Part shown: piece by piece, positions 39,219-50,045 of the stretch
Layout of the letters: the number at the start of each line of letters is the position of its first letter
Numbering within the stretch: position 1 is the stretch's first letter
Assembly (NCBI GenBank): GCA_046563655.1
Contig: CM102285.1
Coordinates: 1,612,001 to 1,676,000, forward strand
Source of the DNA: Yuukianura sp. NJ FZ-2021
Taxonomy: Eukaryota
Direction of reading: 5' to 3'
Length of the DNA stretch: 64,000 bases
Program-made: the position numbers and the translations under genes
The notes under the pieces: model-generated
Seen by the model: the letters and a program-made list of their open reading frames with translations, nothing else
Databases searched by the model: none
What the model was told of the DNA's origin: nothing

Positions 39219-39839
39219 ATGCAGTTCTCCAAACCAACAGCTACCAGAGGAGGTCAGCGACGTGGACGATTCTTCTTTGGACGAAGACGAGGAGGTCAAG
39301 GGTTATCTGGGGACGGAGATCGCTGGAACCCGGATTCTAGAGCTCCTCCGACTCGGACTTCGTCTGAGATCCAGTTTCAACTGGAACAGGAAGCGGAGAA
39401 GACGAGTGCTATTGTCGAAATGGCGAAGAATATGACGAATGGTGCTCCGATGTATCTCCACTTGACCCAGGTCATGGAGATCCACAAGGGTCTTGGAATT
39501 CGTCGTCCTCGAATTCCAAGCACTTATGAAGTATTCCACAGAGAAGAGAAGATGGATACAGATACCGTTTCGTCAAGTATGGCCTCATTTACAACTGCCC
39601 CAGAAGTGCCGAGTTGCCGTGACAACGAAGTAACCGCTCCATCAGTTCCATATGTATCGGGTGACCGTGAAACCGAAGTAATCGTTCCCACTGTACCGGA
39701 AATACCAGTTCAGGATGAAAGTGAATGCCAATTTGGTACATCTTCGCCAAAAGTGTTGTCATTGCCGGTGGCCCGTGAACCTCCTGGAATTCATCTTCCA
39801 AGGGCCCACAGTCAACAGGTAAATCATCTTATTTTATGA
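39219..39839 (+). CDS. Orphan ORF or exon of unknown function with an RG-rich N-terminus
   Basis: Part of a 267-codon ORF with higher GC than its flanks; acceptor at 39180, ATG at 39219, possible donor at 39819. Confidence 0.4.
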   Translation: MQFSKPTATRGGQRRGRFFFGRRRGGQGLSGDGDRWNPDSRAPPTRTSSEIQFQLEQEAEKTSAIVEMAKNMTNGAPMYLHLTQVMEIHKGLGIRRPRIPSTYEVFHREEKMDTDTVSSSMASFTTAPEVPSCRDNEVTAPSVPYVSGDRETEVIVPTVPEIPVQDESECQFGTSSPKVLSLPVAREPPGIHLPRAHSQQVNHLIL

Positions 39840-40163
39840 CTTATACTTGCTAAAATCACGAAAACTAATTAATTTGAAGTACTAATTTAATTGATACCGC
39901 TATTGTTAGTGAAAACTCGGTAGCATCAGTATCTCTGTGAATTCTAGATGTAAAACTGAGAATGTGAAGAATTTGGGTGAGGGATATTCGAGTTTTCTCG
40001 AGTGAGATGTGAAAAATTGAAAAAAAAAAATTCTTCGATTCTTTTGCAAATTATTTCTGAAAATCCGAGTTTTGCCAGCACTTTTACGCTACTTCTTCCG
40101 GGGAGGTCTGAAACTGGTTTGATTTTTAGTAAAGTTAATTGGTTTGCACCGTCTTGTTCAAAA

Positions 40164-40947
40164 ATGGCTGCCCGATTTGCCCTCCGATCTGTAGGACGAG
40201 TAATCAGAAGGTCATTTGCCACTCAGGCTCAGGCAGCGCCCGAAAGGAAACCGGGTGAAATGGCCTTTACATTTGCAGCGCCATATCAGGTTTTTATTGA
40301 TGTTAATCGATTTGTAACCGATTTTTTATGACCAAATATATGTATCCAATAATGCTGTTTTTGATTGAGTGACTAATTGTTTCTCTGTTTCTTTTCAATC
40401 TTACTTAGGTATACTACAACCAGGCAAATGTAAAGCAAATTGACGTCCCGTCGTTCTCGGGAGCCTTCGGTATTCTGCCAAGCCATGTTCCAACTTTAGC
40501 AGTGCTGAAGCCTGGTGTTGTCACAGTCTACGAACAAGATGGATCCTCCAAGAAGTTCTTCGTGTCATCTGGTTCCGTCACAGTCAACGACGATTCATCA
40601 GGTACTTATGATTTATGATGAAACTATCATATTTTCCTCGCTAGTAGATTTCTAGGTCTTTTTCGTAAGATGTAGAGCAATTAGTAATCTATTATGTGGG
40701 TGCACTCATGATGACTCTCCCTCAAAACTACCCACAATTTCATTGCATCATAATCCAATTGTCCTTTTTTTCAGTTCAAGTGTTAGCCGAAGAGGCAGTT
40801 CCACTAGACATGCTGGATGCTGGTGCTGCTCGAGAGGCGCTGACGCAAGCCCAAGCAGCCGTCGGCCGTGCTTCTGGTGAAAAGGAAAAGGCTGAAGCTC
40901 AAATTGCCGTGGAAGTCGCTGAAGCCCTAGTCGAAGCTTCTAAATAA
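40164..40947 (+). CDS. ATP5F1D: ATP synthase subunit delta, mitochondrial (exons 40164-40289, 40409-40601, 40775-40947)
   Basis: Presequence MAARFALRSVGRVIRRSFA; MAFTFAAPYQ-VYYNQANVKQIDVPSFSGAFGILPSHVPTLAVLKPGVV; C-terminal AEAQIAVEVAEAL. Confidence 0.96.
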
Positions 40948-41278
40948 AGCAATGTAAATCCTATTTTAGTCAATTAATTACTCATCTTTATGTGCAAACC
41001 TGCTTTAGAGGTTTCATAATTTTTATTTCACATATTTTTCAGATACGATACCAGCGAGTCGTTCAGTCTACGAGAAGAGGGAGACGGTTAGAAAGCTTAC
41101 CAATTAATTTTCACAGTCTAAAGTGTCATCTTAGCGCAACTTAGCGCATAATGTTTAGTCACCCACATAGCCGAAGAAGTTAAAATATTTCAATTGGAAT
41201 CAGCTCCAAAATAAACTGCCTCATTCAACCTTCCATTCTCTTTGAATTTCAAAACGAGAAGGAGTGTATTGTAAAGTG

Positions 41279-41291
41279 GTCGCCTGGCAAC
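41279..41291. promoter_or_regulatory. RFX X-box
   Basis: GTCGCCTGGCAAC fits GTNRCC-N0-3-RGYAAC, about 100 bp upstream of a ciliary gene ATG. Confidence 0.7.
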
Positions 41292-41390
41292 GGAAAACTA
41301 TCAACATTGAGTTTATGTGCCCAGAGCCAGGAAACTAACAACGTCTTGTTTCAAATTCAAATCATTTTTGATTTATTTCAAATCCCCAAA

Positions 41391-42094
41391 ATGAGCAGTG
41401 GTAGGGAGGATTCGGAGCTAAAGGACATTGACACCCTATTAGATCAAATTGAAGTTAAATTTTTAACTAACCGTGAAAAGTATAATCCAAATCGAACAGT
41501 AGCCCCCTTGGTAGAAGCCAGGCAGTGTCCATGTACTGCCAAAACTTCCACTAATTGGAGCGAGGTGGACGAACTTCTGAATGACTTGGAAATACACGAC
41601 GAAGTTAGAGAAAGCAGGACAGTAGGATCCGGAAGCTATGGATTGAATGGTTCCAAGGTCAAGAAGGTCAGCAATGGTGAAGCGACTACCCTAAGATGTC
41701 TCCCTCCCTACTTGGCCGGAAGCTACGAACCGATGGGATACTCTTCTCCTGGCTTTGAAAAGTAAATCAAAGTTTCATAAATTGTGAATGTAAAACGTTA
41801 ATTGATTTGAATTTAATCGACTTTCATTTTTGTTTCAGGAGTTGCAATAGACTTGGATGTCTCCAGTGTGACTTTGACGTTGAGGTGTTCGATAACTTCT
41901 GCTGGGATCCATCGACAGACTACCTGTTTCTTCGAACTCATATGCCCACGTTTGACAAAGTGGCTCAGAAACTGGTCAAGCGGAAAGGTACGAGGGCATA
42001 CGCCTGTCAGTGCCAGTACGTCAGTATCAACAAATTAACAAACCTCGGAAGCCTTCCGCAACTCAAATGGATCTGCAAGAAACATTCGATTTAA
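41391..42094 (+). CDS. CFAP418: Cilia- and flagella-associated protein 418 (C8orf37 homolog), 2 exons
   Basis: N-terminal DIDTLLDQIE; C-terminal CLPPYLAGS...CNRLGCLQCDFDV...WDPSTDYLFLRTHMP...TRAYACQCQ...LKWICKKH. Confidence 0.88.
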
Positions 42095-42240
42095 TCGGCA
42101 TACGCTTTGTATTTACTAAGGAAGGCAAATTGATTTTTATCCCATGACGAGTTTCCGCACATATCAAAATCCAGCACAAATAGTTTGTTGTTTTTATTAA
42201 ACTTCAATAATAATCAGTAACTGAAATAGAATCTAATCTA

Positions 42241-43120
42241 CAGGGATGCGATGCCATTTCCGATCGTACGCGAAATTTACGTCGTTGTACGTCGCGAACG
42301 ATGATATCAGCGTTTTTTACGAAAATGCGTATTTGATGCTAGACACGCTCAGAGCGTACCTGTGGTATTGTGAGTGAAGCCATGCTTCACTGACGCGAAT
42401 TCTTGCGTCGCGTATGGCTACGCGAATTTTCCCTTTCGCGACGCAAAATTTCGCGTACGACCGGAAATGGCGTCGCATTTCTGTTGGTGTCGCCTTGAGT
42501 ACAGCTGAGTAACAAAAGGCCAATTTTCTGTAAAAATTCGCGTGTCGAAAGGCACGAAAATTCACAGATGTTGCCTTTCGCGACGTGAAATTTCACGCGC
42601 GGCCGGTAATGGCGTTCCATCGCTGTGGGTGTCGCCGTAGTTGCAACTGACCATCAAATTTGCATTTTTTGGTGAAAATTCGCGTCGCCGTGCGCGACGC
42701 GAAAATTTGCGGATGTCGCCATTCGCGACGTTAAATTTCACGTACGACCGGTAATGGCGTCGGAATACTATAGTTGTCGTGCGCATACCATCTGGCCGTC
42801 GATTTGCCTTTTAGCAAATGGCCAGGGGTGGCGCAATTGGCGACGTGGAATTTTCACGTTCAATACGTTTGTGCAAAAAATTCAAAATCGTTTGAAAAAC
42901 GTAATTTAGGGTGTTTTCATCATTTACCAATTTTTTGAAAAAATTGGTTCAGAATTTCAAAAATTCGTTTGTTGTATATTTTTCAGATAATTCGGGAATT
43001 ACATTGGAGTTTTGGACTTCGTTGCGCATAACTCGGCACAACTCCCAGATTTTCGCGGGAATTTCAAAAAGAGAGGGGGGGAATAGGGGCGGGGACCCGC
43101 TAAATTTTTCGAACGCCCTG
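42241..43120. mobile_element. CpG-rich non-autonomous element with 142-145-bp tandem units and an inverted partial unit
   Basis: Anchor ttcgcgacg at 42435, 42577 and 42722; 42246-42284 is an inverted copy of 42440-42478; possible termini TA|caggg ... ccctg|TA. Confidence 0.55.
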
Positions 43121-43645
43121 TACAGTCAGGCATTTATAGTTGGTGTCGCTCGATGCGATGCTTATATCCAGTTACTTAATAATTAAGTAACTGGATATAT
43201 GAGTGACTTAGCGGAAGAAATTAAAGTAATTATTACTTCCATTGGATTTCGTCTATTTCTTGTATTGGATATTCAGCCGTAAGCGATATGTCGCAAAGTG
43301 GATACTGTTTAGCAATTTGCAACTGTGGTTCAACTGTGGTTACAATGGATGCAACGTTCGCTGTAGTCAACCACCTATTGGGAGATAAAAAAAATGCTTC
43401 AGCTGTTCCAGATGAGATATCGCTTCTCACGCTTCTTGCCTTTTGCCTACTACACATGTTTTTTCTCTTGTTTTGATTAATTGATTTAGCATACTTGATT
43501 TTGATTAACTGTGTGTTTCTAAATGAGTAGTGCATGTGGTCTGAACTTTCCATTATTACTGTCACTCTGCCGTTCGATTACGAAATTCAATTTGGGGAAA
43601 TTTTCTTTGTTAATCTTTCATCGTCAATTTTACGTATCAACTAGC

Positions 43646-44791
43646 ATGGCGCTTTCAAAATGGGAGTACGTGAAAACATTTGAAGGTGATGAAACATTAC
43701 TTCCAAATTGTTGGGCTGTGGGACGAGTGGATGGCAGAGGTAAGTTAATCGTGCACCGTTTAAACTAATTAATTACTTAATGTAGTTGACTGACACGAGG
43801 CTTACGTTTACGGACCTGATTCTTGATTCCGTAGGTTTTCACAAGTTGGCAAAAAAGCACAACTGGTTGAGGCCAAATGACCCTCGAGGAATAAAACTGA
43901 TGAGCCGAGCAGCCAAATCTGTGATGCACGAATACGACGACATTGTCATGGCCTACGGTCAAAGTGACGAATATTCATTTGTGTTCAGACGATGTGCAGA
44001 AGTAGGATAATCTTAAATCAGTTTCTGTTAATTAGTGTCTCGTATCATAGAAGTACATTCTAATTCAGTTTTTATTTGAAATTGAATCAAGGTGTTCCAG
44101 CGAAGAACTGCCAAAATCTTGAGTACCCTCGTTTCCAAATTCTCATCAGCATTTGTGTTCTACTGGAACGACTATTTTCCAGATACCAGACTACTTTATC
44201 CGCCATCATTCGATGGTAGAATGGTGCTATATCCAACTGACAAGAATTTACGAGATTACCTTTCCTGGAGACAGGCAGATTGTCATATCAACAATCTTTA
44301 CAATACGACGTTCTGGATGCTTGTCCAAAAGGGCAACTTGACCAACAACGAGGTTAGTATAAATCAATCAAATCTACTAAAGGCAATTTTTAAGGTTTGT
44401 TTTTAAGACTGTCTTTTTTTAGGCTGAGAAGAGACTGATGGGAACCTTAGCGGCTGACAAGAACGAAATCTTATTTTCTGAATTTTCGACCAACTATAAC
44501 AATGAGCCCGAAGTGTACAGAAAAGGAACAGCCCTTGTTCAGAAACCAAGAACAGGACGACGACCAAAGGAGTCAAAAGATACTGCTGGAAGTGGAACAG
44601 CATCTGAAGAACAAGTTCAGAGACAAATACACCGTGACGAAGCCAACTTGATTGAATTAAATTGTGATATCATCGGTGATCAATTTTGGACGGAACACCC
44701 ACATATCCTCCTGGGTAACCCAGTTCCAGTCGTTTCTAAACCACCGCGTTCTCATTCGCGTTCAACGAAAGAGATTGAATTGACAATTTAA
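43646..44791 (+). CDS. THG1L: tRNA(His) guanylyltransferase, multi-exon
   Basis: [13 protein letters not shown]...GRVDGRGFHKL...PNDPRG...[12 protein letters not shown]...PSFDGR...[20 protein letters not shown]...KNEILFSEF...RKGT. Confidence 0.96.
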
Positions 44792-45852
44792 ACATATGGC
44801 AATCTCACTTTTAATTACTTTCATTAGATCTTCAACCCAGAAGCTTTGTAAGTGCCGTTGCCGTATGGTTCGTTAGTACAAAAAAAAATTAGGTAATGCT
44901 ACTACCTACTAACCGAAAATTCAAAATTATACTGTACTCGAAGGTTAAAGTAGAGCAGTATAAATTGGATCTCCAGCTTTGTGTAGCCCAAATTGTACGC
45001 CCAGTACCGCTGAGTTTTCCACCAATTTATATACCATGTCGTTTCCAAAACTCAAAAGTCAGAATTTTGAAGTTTCAATTTTTTAATTAACTCGATTTTG
45101 AAAATTTTGAATTTCATATTTAGCTTAGCCTGTGCGGAGTGAATCCCGGAAATTTCATTTGGTCTGGATTAAAGTTTCTCTGCGTTTTTCCAAAGCGTGA
45201 TACACAATGCGGTGGTGAGCCATTGCCTTGCAAAAACGTATCCAGACAGTCCTCCAACCCATCTCCACAGTCAAATACTTCTCGGATGTGATCTTTCCAG
45301 AGACGCTAATGCACAAAAAATGCAATAGACTAGTTGACAATCATTTACTTAAACTATTAAATTTTCATTAGTTATATAATAATATTTAAATATATAATTA
45401 AATATAGCATTAATTACTCGGATTAGTATTATTATGTAATTCATATTGATTAAAATCGATATGCTGACTGCTTACTGGCAACATCTTTCATTGGTCAAAA
45501 TGTTTTCTGGAAGATAGATTGTGATTGGTTCTACTCATTATCCAATCACGGTGAGTTAAGTAAAGTCATTGACTTTGGATCAAATTTTTTTCATCTTTTT
45601 CAAGAATTGAATCTACGAAATGGTAACTGAAGCACGCCATTAGTTCAACCTTGAATTGGTTCAGGAGCTTTAATAGTAGTTCAAAAATATTATGTTCAAT
45701 GTGCATCTGCATATGTTATTGGACTAATTTTGTTTTGTCAATTTAGTTTAACCAATCGCATGAAATGAAACCATAGTATAAATAACACTCAAATTTATAT
45801 TTAAATATACATATTATAACTTTAAGTTCTGTACACATGATTTTTGTTACAG

Positions 45853-47442
45853 TTAAACAGTCGTAATTGACTGCAAGTGTAGTAACTCATGAAGTTCGTC
45901 GTCAAGGTATTGAACAAATTCCGTTGAGTTTTTGTGTGTTGAACAAATTTTTCCATCCACTCCCATCCAGTACCGAAACTTTCCGTTGTACGACGAAATG
46001 ATAACCGTTAGTGCTAATAAACAAAGTATTTCAGGTTAGTCAAATATGTTACATTAGATTACTGAAAACGCATGTCTTTGACGTATGTTTATTGTTGTTA
46101 TATAAATACTTACCCTGCATACTACCATTTAAGGTGAACGCCAAATCTTTCACAGGGCTTCCACCAATAGGAAGCCCTGTGTTTCCTGGAATTTTCCAGG
46201 AAAACTACTGACAAGTATCGAATTTACGGGATGAATTGGGGCAATCCAGCATTTTGGCAAGGAACCATTCACATGAAGGAACAAATAGGTCACGGAACTC
46301 CACTTCACTATGCGTTTCTTTTGTGCTTGACCTTCCAGCATCACCAAACGTTTGTAGCCACTCGCAGTGTTAACTGGAAGTACCATGTGAAGGATCATTC
46401 TAAAAAATAAAATGTAACATAAATATTTATAATTATGATAATAATTAAGTTTTAATCTTAATTACACTTTGTTTGTCATTTTCTTCGGGTGGTTTGGATA
46501 CAAATCGGTAGTCAGGCAGAGCATTCCCTTTGGAACTGGCTTTCCCTCGTTTTGAAGTTTCCTTCTTATGGCTCCTGTGAGCACTCCTAACATCGCGGTG
46601 GACATGGACACATTGACCTTCGACTTCAACTGCTTCATTTGACCCAGGTCAAATGACCTTGACATTGGAAAACGTCTGACCCCGGTGACATTTGAAGCGT
46701 CGAAAATCATTGGCGCTGTGTCAGTAAAAGTGTAAATTACATTGAAATACGAACTGATAAACTCAAAAATGCTTCTGAAGAAACGGAAGCAGGATGTTTT
46801 CGGAAGTTTCGGAGGCTGAAGTCGAGGAGATGAAGAGTCCGTCCAACGCATCAAAAGATCAAAAGTTGCTTCACCATCACACAAACTGTGGTGGAATTTG
46901 AAACAAATGAAGTGGCAATCTGAGTTATCCCCAAATTCCAAAAATGTCGCTTCCCACGGACTGAATTTTTCTGGAAGAGGAGTCTGGAGCATCCGCTCGA
47001 ACTGCGCATGCGCGTCAGCCTCTTGGTCCAAAGTGACTTGATGGAAGTGTTTATCCATGTCAAATGACTCCTCCCACTTCCAGAAGGCGTATCCACCAAA
47101 CATAGTTGGATACTGCTGCAATTCGGGAAACATGAGGTCACCCGAATCATTCCGAACGAGAATACAATTGGTCCGGAATTTCTCTTTCACTAAATCAGCG
47201 TTCAACTTTCCAGACAGTTTAAACCAAACGAGAACATTAAATGCTTCAGGACGGCTGAAGGTAAGGAAGTATTGGCTTTGCGGAGGTAAGATTTTGCCCA
47301 AGCTTTTTTCAAAGCAAGGTCCAAGTTGTGCTAAAATTTGTCTGTAGATCAAAATCGGTAATAGTAAGAAAAATAACAGTGGAGCTCCTATGCCTAGGAT
47401 AACTGTTAGAACACTCCTGAACAAGTTGTTATTCAAACACAT
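45853..47442 (-). pseudogene. WS/DGAT-like array copy 1 (exons 47442-46466, 46399-46114, 46013-45853) with a +8 frameshift in exon 2
   Basis: FKFHHSLCDG motif; exon 2 is 286 nt versus 278 nt in copies 2-4; premature TGA at 46152-46150. Confidence 0.8.
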
Positions 47443-47849
47443 AATGTTAGACAGTTCACTAACCACCTTTTAGTTTCATTTGGATTTGCATAAATTGGTG
47501 AATGGCTTTTATATAAAACGTTGGAGCAAAAAAAAAATGCTGCCCTTTGGCTTACGCAATAACGTAAGAGGAAGATATGAGAAAGATATTTTTCTTTCTC
47601 CCATAGGAAATTAACAAATTATACCAACGAACGTTTGTGGAAGAAAATTATCAAGTTATCTTAAAAATCTATTCCACATGGCTACAACATGACTTTAAAT
47701 TTCGAGGTGAAAAATTTTAGTGTTTAAATGTTAGACAAACTATTGTTTCCTGCATCGTCTGGCCTTGAAGTTTCAACTTCCAAATTATGTTGTCCCCTCC
47801 TGCATTCCTACTACACATTGTACATACTATATTTAGTTGTTTTTTTTGG

Positions 47850-48020
47850 TTACCACGACAACAGCCGTTGGTTGCATATGTCATGTCCTCCACAACGCTT
47901 CCTTCCAATACAAATTGCTCTAGTTAGTCTCGGAAAAACGCTTATAGCTGTTGCATTTAGCGGAAAAATTGCAATTATCCATCGCGTTAGAAACAAACCA
48001 AGGAATCCGGTATATCGCAG
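47850..48020 (-). pseudogene. Degenerate relic of WS/DGAT exon 2
   Basis: Translates as ...AISVFPRLTRAICIG / GSVVEDMTYATNGCCRG followed by a gtaacc donor; matches paralog exon-2 ends (TVSIFPGPTKPISIGGNVVEDMAY) with a frameshift. Confidence 0.65.
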
Positions 48021-48352
48021 GTATCCAGTGTATCAAAATTCGATCTTTTGGATCAACTTTGTTCATATTCTTCAAGAAACAAATTTATGACATGGTAACG
48101 GAAGCACGCCATTAGTTCAAAACTGAATTCGTACAAGAGCTTAACCAGTTCATAAGCATTAGGTTCAATGTGTTCAGGTTAGGTTTTCGGACTAATTCTT
48201 TGAAGCATTTTATTTTGAACCAATTTAGCTGAACCAATATCATGGAACAATGGTAATTGGCACCAAAATTGATATTTTTCCAGTGTTACTGATAGGTTAG
48301 GTTAAACAGGTTAGGCGATAAATAAATTCCACAATCATGATTTCTGTCAAAG

Positions 48353-50045
48353 TTAAACAGTCATACTTGACTCCAATTGTAGTAAGTTACGCACCTCGTC
48401 GTCGAAATATTGAACAAATTCTGTCGAGTTTTGTTCTGTTGAACAAATTTTGCCATCGACTCCCAGCCAGTACCGAAAGTTTCCGTTGTACGACGAAATG
48501 CACACATTCAGTGCTAAAGACAAAGTATTTTAGGTGAATCAAATATACTCGTTATAATATATCATGTGGTATATATTATAAGTTGCTGTGACTTTTTATA
48601 TATACATAATATTACATAGTCTAACGTTGTTACCGTATGTTAGGATACTTGTTATAAGGAAAGCGCATGTTTACAACGCAAGTTTACCGTTTTTATAAAA
48701 ATACGTACCATGAGTACCACCATACACAGCGTTCGCCATATCTTTCACAGGGTTTCCACCAAAAGCAATTTGTTTCGTTGGTCCAGGAAAAATACTTACA
48801 AGTATCGTATTGAACGGAAGAACTGGAGCTATCCAGGATTTTGGCATGGAACAATTCAGATGTATTAACAAATACGCCACCAAACTAGACTTCACTACAC
48901 GTTCCTTTTGTGCTTGAGCTTCGAGCATCACCAAACGTTTGTACCCACTCGCAATTTCAATCGGTAGTGCCATGTCAAGCAGCATCCTAAAAATAATGAA
49001 AACTGGAATAAAAGTATTTAAAGTTAAAATAAAATATAAAGTCTCAAACATCTCGTGAGCTTTGTTACACTTTGTTTGTCAGTTTCTTCGGGTGGTTTGG
49101 ATACAAAACGGTAGTCATGCAGCGCATTGGCTTTGGAATTGACTTTCCCTCATTTTGAAGTTTTCTTCGTATGGCTCCTGTGAGTACTCCTAACATCGCC
49201 ATGGACACGGACACATTGACCTTTGACCTCAACAGCCTCGCTTGACCAATGTCAAATGACCTTGACATTGGAAAATGTGTGACACCAGTGAGATTTGAAC
49301 AATCGAAAATCATTGGAGTTGCGTCTGTAGCATTGTAAATTATATTGAAATACGAACTGATGAAATAAAAAATACTTTTGAAAGAACCGAAACAGGAAGT
49401 TTTCGGAAGTTGCGGAGGCTGAAGCCGAGGAAATGGAGAGTCCGTCCAACGCATCAAAAGATCAAAAGTTGCTTCACCATCACACAAACTGTGGTGGAAT
49501 TTGAAACAAATGAAGTGACAATCTGAGTTATCGCCAAACTCCAAAAATGTAGCTTCCCACGGACTGGATTTTTGTGGAAGAGGAGTCTGGAGCATCCGCT
49601 CGAACTGCGCATGCGCGTCAGCCTCTTGGTCTAAAGTCACGTGATGGATGTGTTTGTCCATGTCGAATGACTCCTCCCACTTCCAGAAGGCGTATCCACC
49701 AAACATAGTTGGATACTGCTGCAATTCGGGAAACATAAGGTCACCCGAATCATTCCGGACGAGGATACAATTGGTCCGGAATTTCTCTTTCACTAAATCA
49801 GCGTTCAACTTTCCAGACAGTTTAAACCAAACGAGAACATTAAATGCTTCAGGACGGTTGAAGCTAAGGAAAAATTGGCTTTGTGGCGGTAAAATTTTGC
49901 CTAAGTTTTTTACAAAACAAGGTCCAAGTTTTGCCAAAATTTGTCTGTAGATCAAAATCGGTAATAGTAAGAAAAATAACAGCGGAGCTCCTATGCCTAG
50001 GATAACTGTCAGAACCCCCTTGACCAAGTAATTATTCAAACACAT
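48353..50045 (-). CDS. WS/DGAT-like array copy 2, intact (exons 50045-49069, 48986-48709, 48513-48353; 471 aa)
   Basis: Exons sum to 1416 nt; N-terminal TM; SPWE...FKFHHSLCDG; C-terminal VSIFPGP...ISSYNG. Confidence 0.85.

Noticed and set aside
43233-43565. ORFs on both strands upstream of THG1
   Set aside because: Short, without motifs or a coherent exon structure
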